DNA from: Alphaproteobacteria bacterium
GTDB taxonomy: Bacteria > Pseudomonadota > Alphaproteobacteria > SHVV01
DNA length: 64,000 nt
Assembly (NCBI GenBank): GCA_965261735.1
Contig: OZ253470.1
Coordinates: 4,128,001-4,192,000, forward strand
Direction of reading: 5' to 3'
Positions 1 through 9,505 of the stretch are shown piece by piece (position 1 is the stretch's first letter; every line of letters begins with the position of its first letter). The notes beneath the pieces were generated by a model. It was given only the letters and a program-made list of their open reading frames with translations. It did no database searches and had not been told where the DNA came from. The position numbers and the translations under genes are program-made.

Positions 1-1281
1 CGAATCAGGATTCCGCGCTCGGCGAGTTCGTCGACGAGATGCCGGCCGCTCCAGGTTTTCTTGGCCTGATGGCGGCTCATGCGCCGCCCCGCGCCGTGGC
101 ACGCGGAGCCGAACGCGGCCTCGGCCACCTCCGCGGGGCCGGCGAGGACGTAGGACGCCGTGCCTATGCTGCCGCCGATCAGTACCGGCTGGCCCGCCCG
201 GCGCAGGGAGTCGGGGATATCGGGGTGGCCCGGAGCGAGGGCCCGTGTCGCGCCCTTGCGGTGAACGAAGAGCTTCCTCGCGTCGCCGTCGACGACGTGT
301 TCCTCAACCTTGCAGGTGTTGTGGGACACGTCGTAGAGCAGGCTCAGGCGCGCCTGCGGCAGCAGCCGGGCGAACACCTCGCGCATGAGATGCGTAATGA
401 TCTGGCGGTTGGCGAGGGCACAGTTGATGGCCGCGCGCATGGCGCCGAGGTAACTCTGGCCGACGTCCGAATCGATTCGGCGCGCAGGCGAGCTCCCGGT
501 CCGGCAGGGCGATGCCGAACTGGCCGGCGCTAGCCGCCATCGAGCGCAAGTACTCGGTGCCGATCTGATGGCCGAGCCCGCGCGAGCCGCAATGGATGCT
601 GATCACCAGGTCGCCGGCCGCGAGACCGAAGGCGCGGGCCGCTTCCGCGTCGTAGATCTCGGCGATTTCCTGAAGCTCGAGATAGTGGTTGCCCGAGCCT
701 AGCGTTCCCATCTCCCGGCGCTGGCGCGCACGATCGGAGACGCGGTCGGACCGGGCCCCGGCGATACAACCCTGTTCCTCGATGCGCTCGAGGTCGCCGG
801 TCTCGCCCCAGCCGCGCTCGACGGCCCAGCGCGCGCCGCCCTCGAGCATGGCGTCCATGGCGTCGTTATCGAGGGTGATGGCGCCGGTGCTGCCCACGCC
901 GGCTGGGATGTGCGCGAACAGGCCGTCGGCGAGAGCCACCTTGCACGACTCGATGTCGGCGGCCCTCAGACCCGTGTGCAGGGTGCGCACTCCACAGGAG
1001 ATGTCGAAACCGACACCGCCAGCCGAGATCACCCCGCCTTCGGCCGGGTCGAAGGCGCCGACGCCACCGATCGGGAAGCCATAGCCCCAATGCGCGTCCG
1101 GCATGGCGTAGGCGGCCTGGACGATCCCCGGCAGGGTCGCGACATTGGTCAGTTGCTCGAATACGCGATCGTCCATGTCGCGCAGGAGCTCGGCCGAGGC
1201 GAACACCACCGCCGGCACGCGCATGTTGCCGAAGGGCTCGACCTCCCACTCGTGGGTGCTGGGCTCGTCTCCCCGCGCCAC
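1..1281 (-). pseudogene. rtcB: RtcB family RNA ligase; +1 frameshift near 476; runs off the window edge
   Basis: Motifs MPDAHWGYGFPIG, GFDISCG, GTLGSGNHY, HCGSRGLG. Removing one base at 476-477 restores ...APIDSDVGQSYLGAMRAAIN...YDVSHN...HRKGAT...CHGAGR. The GTG start at 1281 is tentative. Confidence 0.9.
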
Positions 1282-1289
1282 TGGTACCG

Positions 1290-1532
1290 CTAGCGCTCTT
1301 CGTCCGAGTTTTCCTCGTCGGCCTTCAAGATCTCGTAGACCTGGACGACCGCACCCGCCAGCGGTCGCTCGAGATCGGCGCCGAGGTAGTCCTCCTCGGT
1401 CAACCACGTCCACGCCTCGACGAGCTCTGCCAGCGTGGCCCCGGTTTCGACGATGGCTGCGATGCGGCTATCCTTCAAATCGCCCGTCACCGAGATCACC
1501 TCATCATGCGTCAGCCGCACCGCGCTATTCAT
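1290..1532 (-). CDS. Small acidic hypothetical protein (80 aa) between archease and rtcB
   Basis: ATG preceded by GGGAGG; co-oriented with both neighbours. Confidence 0.75.
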   Translation of the reverse strand: MNSAVRLTHDEVISVTGDLKDSRIAAIVETGATLAELVEAWTWLTEEDYLGADLERPLAGAVVQVYEILKADEENSDEER

Positions 1533-1556
1533 GCCCTACCTCCCTGTCCCCTTGTG

Positions 1557-1974
1557 TCAGACGTCGACCACACATTGCGCGATCCACTGGCCCTCAGCCA
1601 TCCCTATGGACGCTCAGCGCCGTATATGTTGCCCCCTTGGGCTCCACCGCCGGCCGGTGGCGGGCAACGTCAATCGCTTCGCCCCAGGCCGTCGCCACGA
1701 GCTCGCTGCCGTCGATGGCGACGTCGAAACGGGAGAACAGCATGTTTCGCGTGGCCATTTCGTAGATCACGGCATTCAACCAATCCGCGAGTAGGAGCTC
1801 GGCATCGGGGTTGTCGCATGCGATCTCCACCGGAGATGACGGCGCCACCGATTCGAGCTCGGTCACCACGGCGGTGAGCGCGCGCGCGGATTCTGCGAAG
1901 GCCGACGCCTGCGAGTCACCGATGCCGCGAACGCCGATGTCGGCGCCGTGCGGAAAGTGCTCCCATCGGGCCAT
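1557..1974 (-). pseudogene. Archease; +1 frameshift near 1598
   Basis: N-terminal [12 protein letters not shown] and KGATY motifs. Removing one base restores the typical C-terminus [14 protein letters not shown] ending at 1557. Confidence 0.88.
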
Positions 1975-2046
1975 CTCGCCTCCGCGTCACCGCACGGTAG
2001 GAGCGACGCCCTCGGCGGGTCGTTGATTTGGATCAACCGGCATCGC

Positions 2047-2682
2047 CTACTCGCCCGGCACGCCAGGATGCTTGTAGTAGTGCCACAGAAAACGCGCCGC
2101 GGCGCTGCGATGCGGTCGCCAGGGCTCACCCGAAGCCCGCAGCTCTTCGCGCGTGGGCATGCTCGGAAGCCGCTTGAGCCGCTGCAGCGCCTTGCGTATC
2201 GCGAGGTCGTCCGCGGGCCAGATATCGCGCCGGCCGAGCGCGAACAAGAGATAGATCTCGGCGCTCCAGCGGCCGATCCCTTTGGCCCGCACGAGGTGGG
2301 CGATTGCCGCCTCGTCGTCCATGGTGGCAGCCGCGTCGAGGTCGAGGCGGCCCGCCACCAGGTCTTCCGCCAGCGCCATGCCGTACGACATCTTTTGACG
2401 GCTGAGGCCAATCGCCCGCAGCGCGGCGGCGTCGAGGCCGAGGAAGGCCTCGGGCGTGAGCGGGGTTGCCGCGAGCCGCAGGCGGTCGATGATCGCGCGT
2501 GCCGAGGCGGCCGAGACCTGCTGCGCGGCGATGATCCGCATCAGGCCGGCGAAGCCGGGCTCCTGGTGCCGGACGGGTGGCACCCCGCAGGCACTGAATG
2601 CGCTCGCCAAATCGTCGTCGCGGGCCGCGAGCACCTCCAGCGCCGGTCTGAGCGCCTCGTCACATGGCGGCCGCGTGGTCAT
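2047..2682 (-). CDS. DNA-3-methyladenine glycosylase II (AlkA/HhH-GPD family)
   Basis: IIAAQQVS, GLSRQK, helix-hairpin-helix KGIGRWSAE, WPADD, WRPHRS. Confidence 0.88.
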   Translation of the reverse strand: MTTRPPCDEALRPALEVLAARDDDLASAFSACGVPPVRHQEPGFAGLMRIIAAQQVSAASARAIIDRLRLAATPLTPEAFLGLDAAALRAIGLSRQKMSYGMALAEDLVAGRLDLDAAATMDDEAAIAHLVRAKGIGRWSAEIYLLFALGRRDIWPADDLAIRKALQRLKRLPSMPTREELRASGEPWRPHRSAAARFLWHYYKHPGVPGE

Positions 2683-2795
2683 CACCCTGCCACTCTCGCA
2701 CACGCCGTCATCAGCCCTCCCACGCACCTTGATCAATGATGGGGAAGCGGCGATGATGCGGCAAGCCCCGCGGGGGCAGGGAAAGGGAGGAGCAG

Positions 2796-3494
2796 ATGGG
2801 CCTTACCGTCGACGAAACGCTGTCGCGGATCGACGAGATTCACGCCAAGAAGAAGTTCTGGGAGCACCCCATGTGGAAGGGGCTCCTGGACGGCTCGCAC
2901 GATCTGCCCAAGGTCAGGGAGTTCGCGCGCCAGCACGGCATCATCCCGTTGCACAACCACAACTATCACGGCCGGCTCTACGTCGTGTGCCCGGACCCCA
3001 AATGGCGCGAGATGATCGCCGAGGTGGTTTACGAGGAGGGCACCGGCGAGCTGTACGCCAGCGGCGTTCCCCACAACGACCTCTACTACAACTTCGGCGA
3101 GGGGCTGGGCATCAGCCGCGACGAGATGTGGAACACCGACTACTGCGCGGGCGCGCTCGGTTTCAAGGCCTACTTCTCGTACATGTGTGGCAAGAACTTT
3201 CTCGAAGGCGTGGCCGCCCACATGCTGGCGGGCGAGGCGCAAGGGCCAGGCTACTTCGGCACGATCGCGGAGAACTTCAAGAGCAGCTTCGGGCTCGACG
3301 ACAAGGGGGTGGCGTTCTGGACCGTCCACGACGTCGCCGACGAGGATCATTCTGGTATCGGCCGCCAGCTCCTCGACCGCTTCGCCACGACCGAGAAGGA
3401 CCTGGAGACCGTGCTGCACGTCGTTCAGGAAACCGTCGACGTCATGCAGTTGATGGAGGACGACGTCTGGAGCTGCATGCGGAAAGCCAGTTAG
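2796..3494 (+). CDS. TenA/PqqC/CADD-like heme-oxygenase-like diiron protein
   Basis: EEG...H, E and HDVADEDH (HxxxDxxH) putative metal ligands; strong RBS GGAGGAG. Confidence 0.8.
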   Translation: MGLTVDETLSRIDEIHAKKKFWEHPMWKGLLDGSHDLPKVREFARQHGIIPLHNHNYHGRLYVVCPDPKWREMIAEVVYEEGTGELYASGVPHNDLYYNFGEGLGISRDEMWNTDYCAGALGFKAYFSYMCGKNFLEGVAAHMLAGEAQGPGYFGTIAENFKSSFGLDDKGVAFWTVHDVADEDHSGIGRQLLDRFATTEKDLETVLHVVQETVDVMQLMEDDVWSCMRKAS

Positions 3495-3616
3495 GCGCGG
3501 CCGACGCTTTCGCGCTGGGGGCCGCTGGTGGCGGTGGGCAGGCCCGGGCACGCCCGGCCTGAGGCAACGTTCCACCGCGCAGTCGTTGCGCGCCGCCGGA
3601 TGTTCGGGAGGCAGCC

Positions 3617-4891
3617 ATGAAACCGCCCAATGAGCTGAGTGCGCTCGAGGCGGCGGACGCGCTGGCGGCGGGCACCCTCACCAGCGAGCAACTCATGGCC
3701 GCGTGCCTAGAGCGCGTGGCCGCCCGCGACGCCGAGATCGGCGCCTGGATTCACCTCGATCCCGAGCAGGCGCTGGCTGCTGCGCGTGCCCGCGACCGTG
3801 CGCCGCGGCAGGGCCCGCTGCACGGCCTTCCCGTCGGCATCAAGGACATCATCGACACGGCCGACATGCCGACCGCCTACGGCACGCCCATCTACGAGGG
3901 CAACCGGCCGGCGTGGGATGCCGCCTGCGTGGCCCTCGTCCGCGCCGCCGGCGGCGTGGTCATGGGCAAGACCGTGACCACCGAGTTCGCCGGGCACCAT
4001 CCCGGCAAGACCGCCAATCCGCACAACACCGCCCATACGCCGGGGGGCTCATCGAGCGGCTCCGCGGCGGCGGTCGCGGACTTCATGGTGCCGCTCGCGT
4101 TCGGCACTCAAACCGGCGGGTCGGTCATTCGACCGGCTTCATTTTCCGGGGTCGTCGGCTACAAGGCTACGCACGGCGCGCTCAGCCTCGCCGGCGTGAA
4201 GTGGTTCGCGCCCTCGCTCGACAGCCTCGGCGTGATGGCCCGCTCGGTCGCCGACGCCGCGTTGATGCGGGCGGCGCTGGCGGGCGCGCCGGCCACGCTT
4301 GCGTCACTCGAGCGGCCGCCCGCCATCGGCCTGTGCCGGACGCCGCAGTGGGAGCAGGCGGACGCAGCGACCCAGTCGGCCGTCGAGAATTCCGCGCGCA
4401 ACCTCGCCCGCACCGGCGCCGAGGTGCGCGACGTCGAACTCCCGGACCTGTTCGCCGAGTTGATCGAGGTCCACGCGAGCGTGATGACTTACGAGTCGGC
4501 GCGCTCCTTCGCCCACGAGTACCGCGTCCATGGCGGCGCCCTGAGCGAGAACCTGACGCAGGTAATCGAAATGGGGCACCGTACCTCCCTCGCCGAGTAC
4601 GCCGCGGCGCTGGAGCAGGCGGAGCGCGGCCGCCGCGCGCTGGTCGACGTAATGACGGGGCTCGACGTCCTGCTCGTCCCCGCGGCGCCCGGCGAAGCGC
4701 CGCTCGGGCTCGAATTCACCGGCGATCCCCTGTTCAACCGCATCTGGACGCTGTTGCACGTGCCGGCGGTCGCTCTGCCCGGCCATACCGGCCCCAACGG
4801 CTTGCCCGTCGGCATACAGGTCGTGGGCCCGGTAGGCGGCGACGACCGGATGCTGGCCGTGGCCGCGTGGATGGAATCGCGAATACTCTGA
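3617..4891 (+). CDS. Amidase signature family protein
   Basis: GIKD, TPGGSSSGSAAAVA, GTQTGGSVIRPA. Confidence 0.92.
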   Translation: MKPPNELSALEAADALAAGTLTSEQLMAACLERVAARDAEIGAWIHLDPEQALAAARARDRAPRQGPLHGLPVGIKDIIDTADMPTAYGTPIYEGNRPAWDAACVALVRAAGGVVMGKTVTTEFAGHHPGKTANPHNTAHTPGGSSSGSAAAVADFMVPLAFGTQTGGSVIRPASFSGVVGYKATHGALSLAGVKWFAPSLDSLGVMARSVADAALMRAALAGAPATLASLERPPAIGLCRTPQWEQADAATQSAVENSARNLARTGAEVRDVELPDLFAELIEVHASVMTYESARSFAHEYRVHGGALSENLTQVIEMGHRTSLAEYAAALEQAERGRRALVDVMTGLDVLLVPAAPGEAPLGLEFTGDPLFNRIWTLLHVPAVALPGHTGPNGLPVGIQVVGPVGGDDRMLAVAAWMESRIL

Positions 4892-4900
4892 CGCGTGGTC

Positions 4901-6307
4901 TCAGGCCGGCAGCGGAGGCCGGCGCTCGTACAGCGGGTTGGCCGCTTCGTACGCGCGGGCCGCCCTGAGCACCGCCGCATCGGCGTACTTGGCGCCGACG
5001 ATGTGCAACCCCACCGGCAGCCCGTCATCGGTGAAACCGCACGGCACGCTAATCGCCGGCTGGTGCGACAGGTTGAACGGGCTGCAGAACGGCGCAAAGG
5101 CACGCGGATCCTCGCCCTCGAACGCCTCGGGGTACCAACGATCGGCGGCAAAGGCGGGCACCGACACAGTCGGGGTCAGCAGCAGATCGTAGGTCTGATG
5201 GAAGCGTTGCATGTGGTGGCCGAGGGCGGCGCGGGCGTCGTCCGCGGTCAACAGGTCGGCGACGGACAGGCCCACGCCCTTTTCGGCCGCGTCGCGAACG
5301 TTGGGGCCGAGCAATTCCCTCTGTTCGGGCGTGAACTGGCGCACGCGGTATGCGCTGCGGCTGTACAGGTAGGTTTGAAGGACCCATAGCGGCGGCTCGA
5401 AACCGGGATCGGCTTCCTCCACCGTTGCGCCGAGGTCGGCAAAGACCCGCGCCGCCTTGGCGACGAGCTCGTGAACCTCCGGCTCGATGCCCTTGGCGTA
5501 GCCGAGCGCCGGGCTGTAGGCCACGCGCAGTCCGGCCACGCCGCCCTCGAGCCCGGCACTGTAGTCGACCCCGTCGCGCGGCAGCGCCAGCCAGTCGCGC
5601 CAATCCGCCTCGCACATCACCGTCATCATCAGCGCCGTATCGGCCACGGTCCTCGTCAACGCGCCGTAGCAGGCGATGGTGGCGACTCCCGCCGGCGGCC
5701 ATGCGGGTACGCGCATGTTGGTGGCTTTCATGCCGACGAGGCCGGTGAAAGCGGCCGGAATGCGGATCGAGCCGCCGCCGTCGCTGCCGAGCCCCACGTG
5801 GCCCATGCCCGCGGCCACCGCCGCCGATGCGCCGCCGCTCGAGCCACCCGACGTCTTGTCGAGATTCCAGGGGTTACGTGTGATCCCGGTAAGCGGGCTA
5901 TTGGTTGCCGGGCCGAGCGCGAACTCGGGCGATGTCGTCTTGCCCAGAATGACGGCTCCGTAGGCGCGCGCGCTCGCCGTCGTCGATGAGTCCTCGGCGG
6001 CCGGCGCGGGGTCCGACGTCTTCGAGCCAAAGCGGGTAGGCATGCCGGCGACGTGATGCGTGTCCTTGACCGACAGCGGGACGCCGTCGATCAGCCCTTG
6101 CGGCTCGCCCTTGGCCCAGCGCGCCTCCGACGCCCGCGCCGAGGCCATGGCGCCGTCCTCGTCGAGGTGGCAGAAAGCGTTGACGCGGCCGTCATAGGCG
6201 GCGATGCGCTCGAATGCGGCGCGCGTGGCATCGACCGGCGACAGGCTTTTGTTTCGGAAAGCCTCCACCAGCTCGGTGAGGGGCATGTAGGCGATATCGT
6301 CGGGCAT
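4901..6307 (-). CDS. Amidase signature family protein
   Basis: SVKD, TRNPWN, GGSSGGASAAVA, GSDGGGSIRIPA; start taken at MPDDIAY. Confidence 0.92.
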   Translation of the reverse strand: MPDDIAYMPLTELVEAFRNKSLSPVDATRAAFERIAAYDGRVNAFCHLDEDGAMASARASEARWAKGEPQGLIDGVPLSVKDTHHVAGMPTRFGSKTSDPAPAAEDSSTTASARAYGAVILGKTTSPEFALGPATNSPLTGITRNPWNLDKTSGGSSGGASAAVAAGMGHVGLGSDGGGSIRIPAAFTGLVGMKATNMRVPAWPPAGVATIACYGALTRTVADTALMMTVMCEADWRDWLALPRDGVDYSAGLEGGVAGLRVAYSPALGYAKGIEPEVHELVAKAARVFADLGATVEEADPGFEPPLWVLQTYLYSRSAYRVRQFTPEQRELLGPNVRDAAEKGVGLSVADLLTADDARAALGHHMQRFHQTYDLLLTPTVSVPAFAADRWYPEAFEGEDPRAFAPFCSPFNLSHQPAISVPCGFTDDGLPVGLHIVGAKYADAAVLRAARAYEAANPLYERRPPLPA

Positions 6308-6483
6308 GGCGATTCCATTCGCTGGCGAGGAGCACGGGGGCCAGTATTGCGTCACCGGGTGCAGCCGATCAATGTCCTTTCGCGCCCCGACATCGCGATC
6401 CGCGGAGCGCCCGTCGGGTGGGCTTGCGCCGCCAGTCGGCGCGGGTTGTAATCGGGATTCACACTAGCGAAAGGAGCTCCGCC

Positions 6484-7395
6484 TTGCGCCGACCGGCGAT
6501 CATCTCGGTGTGGCTACTCGCCTTCATGGTGCTGAGCGTCGGCGCTTGGGCCGCGGAAGAGCCCGTCGATCTCGAACTCGTTCTCGCCGTCGACGTCTCC
6601 GGCAGCATGGATTTCGAGGAGGCGAAACTGCAGCGCGAGGGCTATGTCGCCGCCCTTGCCCACCCCAAGGTCATCGACGCGATTACCCACGGCCCGCTCG
6701 GGCATATCGCGGTCATCTACGTGGAATGGGCCGGGTTTCAGCACAAGAACATCGCCGTCGATTGGACCCTGATCGGCGACGAGACAAGCGCGCGTACGTT
6801 TTCGCAGGCACTATCAGAGGCGCCCTTGACGAGAGGGCGGCTGACCTCGATCAGCGGCGCCATCGAGTTCGCCATGCCGCTGTTCGACGACAACAGCTTC
6901 GATGGTACCCGCCGCGTGATCGACATATCGGGCGATGGTCCCAACAATAACGGGACGCTGGTGGTTCCCGCCCGTGATCGGGCGGCGGCGAGGCGCGTCA
7001 CGGTCAACGGGCTGCCGATCGTCAACGGTCGGCTCGATCCGTTCGGCCGGCGCCAGCTCCCCGATCTCGACCTCTACTACGTTCACTGCGTCATCGGCGG
7101 GCCCGGCGCCTTCGTCGTCGTCGCCGAGGACTTCACCTCGTTCGCCGCGGCCATCTTGAAAAAGCTGATCCTAGAGATCGCCGGGATGACACCGCCTCCG
7201 GCCGAGCGCCCTGCGGCAACGCCCGTTCGTCACGTATCCTGGCTACAGGGCGCCGAGAGGTCCTGGGGCGCCGCTCGCTATTCCCCAATCGGGCCCGGCA
7301 TTCACCCTGTGTCCGAGGGCTACGCGCCGGGGTGCGACGTCGGCGAGCGCCGCTTCCGCCAGTACTTCCAGAACCGGTTCGATATGCCGTTCTGA
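6484..7395 (+). CDS. DUF1194 / vWA-domain secreted protein
   Basis: Signal peptide, VDLELVLAVDVSGS (MIDAS), RRVIDISGDG, VIGGPGAF; TTG start after AAGGAG. Confidence 0.85.
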   Translation: MRRPAIISVWLLAFMVLSVGAWAAEEPVDLELVLAVDVSGSMDFEEAKLQREGYVAALAHPKVIDAITHGPLGHIAVIYVEWAGFQHKNIAVDWTLIGDETSARTFSQALSEAPLTRGRLTSISGAIEFAMPLFDDNSFDGTRRVIDISGDGPNNNGTLVVPARDRAAARRVTVNGLPIVNGRLDPFGRRQLPDLDLYYVHCVIGGPGAFVVVAEDFTSFAAAILKKLILEIAGMTPPPAERPAATPVRHVSWLQGAERSWGAARYSPIGPGIHPVSEGYAPGCDVGERRFRQYFQNRFDMPF

Positions 7396-7431
7396 GGGCG
7401 GCTCGGCCCGGCCGGCCAAGCGAACCTCGGG

Positions 7432-8307
7432 TCAGGCGATGATCACCTCGTCGCCCTTGATTTGCGTGCGATGCATCAGGCGCCGGTCGGCGGCATCGAA
7501 GGGGTCGCGCCGGTGCATGACGGACAGGTTGTTCCAAATTAGCACGTCGCCGACGCGCCATTCGTGGCTCATGGCGAAGCGAAGGTCACCGGCGTGCGAC
7601 CAGAGCTCGTCGAGGAGGGCCTCGCTCTCGCTCACTTCCATGCCAACGATGTACCCATGCGCCCGCCGGCCGAGGAAGAGCGCCCGGCGGCCGGTACGAG
7701 GGTTCGTGCGCACGAGCGGGTGACGGGCGCCCGGCGTGTCGCGGACATCGGTGATCTCGCCATAGCCCATGCGCCGCATGCCGGCGCTGTTGTGCGCCGC
7801 ATCGTGAATCGCATGGCGACCCTCGATCGCACGTTTCAGGCGCACAGGGAGCGCCTCGTAAGCCGCGTACATGTTTGCGAAGTAGGTGTTGCCGCCGGCG
7901 GCCGGTACCTGCAGGGCATAAAGGATGGCCGCCTTCGGGGGTACGTCGATGTAGGTCATGTCGGCGTGCCACACGGCTTCGCCGGCGCCGAGATTGCCCA
8001 CCGGCCTGCCGCCCTCGACGACGTTGGAGATGACGTTGATCTGGAGAAAGTCGGGAAGGAATGGCTCGCCATAGGGATTGGGCCCGGGCAGGTCGAGTTC
8101 GCCGAAGTTCTCGCTGAAGGCGATAAGCTCGGGGTCGCTCAGACGCTGTTCGCGCACGACCAGGACGAGATGGTCGTGCCAGGCCTCGTGGATCACGGCC
8201 AACGCGCTCGCACCTAGCGGCTTCGACAGATCGGCGCCCTTGATTTCGGCGCCCAGAGGCCGGCCGTTCGGGATGACCGCAATGGCCTCATGGCTTGTTC
8301 GTGTCAC
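7432..8307 (-). CDS. TauD/TfdA family Fe(II)/2-oxoglutarate dioxygenase
   Basis: WHAD, HPLVRTNP, WNNLSVMHRR. Confidence 0.9.
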   Translation of the reverse strand: MTRTSHEAIAVIPNGRPLGAEIKGADLSKPLGASALAVIHEAWHDHLVLVVREQRLSDPELIAFSENFGELDLPGPNPYGEPFLPDFLQINVISNVVEGGRPVGNLGAGEAVWHADMTYIDVPPKAAILYALQVPAAGGNTYFANMYAAYEALPVRLKRAIEGRHAIHDAAHNSAGMRRMGYGEITDVRDTPGARHPLVRTNPRTGRRALFLGRRAHGYIVGMEVSESEALLDELWSHAGDLRFAMSHEWRVGDVLIWNNLSVMHRRDPFDAADRRLMHRTQIKGDEVIIA

Positions 8308-8417
8308 TGGGGCCCCTGGTGCATCGCGACGGCGCCCCGCATCCTAATCCAGATCAAGGCTAGGTGCACCGCGCCCGTCCTATTAGTGGTCAGGAGGAGA
8401 TAGGAACAGGCGGTATC

Positions 8418-8555
8418 ATGAGCGAACTTCTTCCCTATTGGCGGCGGGTTAATTGGCGCGGCGCATTCGCGCTCGGCAGTCTGCTTGTCGTTGCCGTCGC
8501 CGGCTACGTCATTACGCTTATGGCGATCAACGGCGTAACTCACGGCAGCTTCTGA
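8418..8555 (+). CDS. Small single-pass membrane protein (45 aa)
   Basis: ATG downstream of a purine-rich stretch; one hydrophobic helix; fills the gap between the two TauD genes. Confidence 0.5.
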   Translation: MSELLPYWRRVNWRGAFALGSLLVVAVAGYVITLMAINGVTHGSF

Positions 8556-8615
8556 GCGGCGGACCCACGCTGGCAAACCGGGCTAACGGCTCGTTGCACA
8601 TGCTATAGTCGACGC

Positions 8616-9479
8616 ATGAACGATGCGCCGAGTTCGACGGGCGTACACGCGCGGCTCGAAATATCGCGGCCGTGCCCGGCGCTCGGCGTCGAAGTCTCCG
8701 GCATCGACCTGTCGAAGCCGATGGATGACGGCCTGTTCGCCGAGGTGTTGCGGGCCTTCCACGACCATCTGATCCTCGTCTTTCGCGACCAGGCGCTGAC
8801 GCCTGCGGCGCAAGTCGCGTTTTCGGCGCGCTTCGGGCCGGTCGAGCCCCACCCCCTGCGAGCCAGGCGCGGCATGGCCGGCCACCCTGAGGTGCTCCGC
8901 CTCGAGAATCGACCGGGCCAGCGCGGCGCGCGCAACGACTTCTGGCACTCGGATATTTCGTTCATGCCGAATCCGCCGCTCGCATCCATCCTCCATGCGC
9001 TCGAGGTGCCGGCGGGGTACGGCGATACGATGTTCTGCAACATGTACGCCGCGTATGACGCTCTGTCGCCGGGCATGCGGCAGATGCTCAATAGCTTGAC
9101 GGCGCTCCACAGCGGCCAGGCGCTCGCGGCGCGCAACAACGATGGGGCGAGCGACGGGCTCCCGATCACCGACGTGCCGCCGTCGGAGGCGCATCCAGTG
9201 GTGCGCACGCATCCGGGTACGGGCCGCAAGGCGCTCTACATCAACCCCTACTTCGTCGAGCGCTTCACCGGCATGACGGTGGCCGAGAGCCAGCCGCTGA
9301 TCGACTATCTGACGGCCGTTGCGACTCGGCCCGAGAACGTGTTCCGGCACCGCTGGCGCACGCAAGACCTGGTGATGTGGGACAACCGCTGCGCCATGCA
9401 CTACGCCGTCCTCGATTACGGCGAGGATCACGTACGGCTCATGCAGCGCACGACCGCGGGCGGCGAGCGCCCGGCCTAG
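8616..9479 (+). CDS. TauD/TfdA family dioxygenase
   Basis: FWHSD, HPVVRTHP, WDNRCAMH, R near the C-terminus. Confidence 0.92.
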   Translation: MNDAPSSTGVHARLEISRPCPALGVEVSGIDLSKPMDDGLFAEVLRAFHDHLILVFRDQALTPAAQVAFSARFGPVEPHPLRARRGMAGHPEVLRLENRPGQRGARNDFWHSDISFMPNPPLASILHALEVPAGYGDTMFCNMYAAYDALSPGMRQMLNSLTALHSGQALAARNNDGASDGLPITDVPPSEAHPVVRTHPGTGRKALYINPYFVERFTGMTVAESQPLIDYLTAVATRPENVFRHRWRTQDLVMWDNRCAMHYAVLDYGEDHVRLMQRTTAGGERPA

Positions 9480-9505
9480 CCGGCCGCTCCCCGAACCCAC
9501 GTCGC

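Noticed and set aside
304-1600. Programmed frameshifting in rtcB and archease
   Set aside because: No slippery sequence at either site; single doubled bases are better explained by error or mutation.
2456-3575. Long alternative-frame and antisense ORFs (2456-3562, 2733-3575; similar ones at 47496-48737, 52278-53735, 60023-61066)
   Set aside because: Shadow ORFs expected in high-GC coding DNA; they overlap genes with clear motifs.
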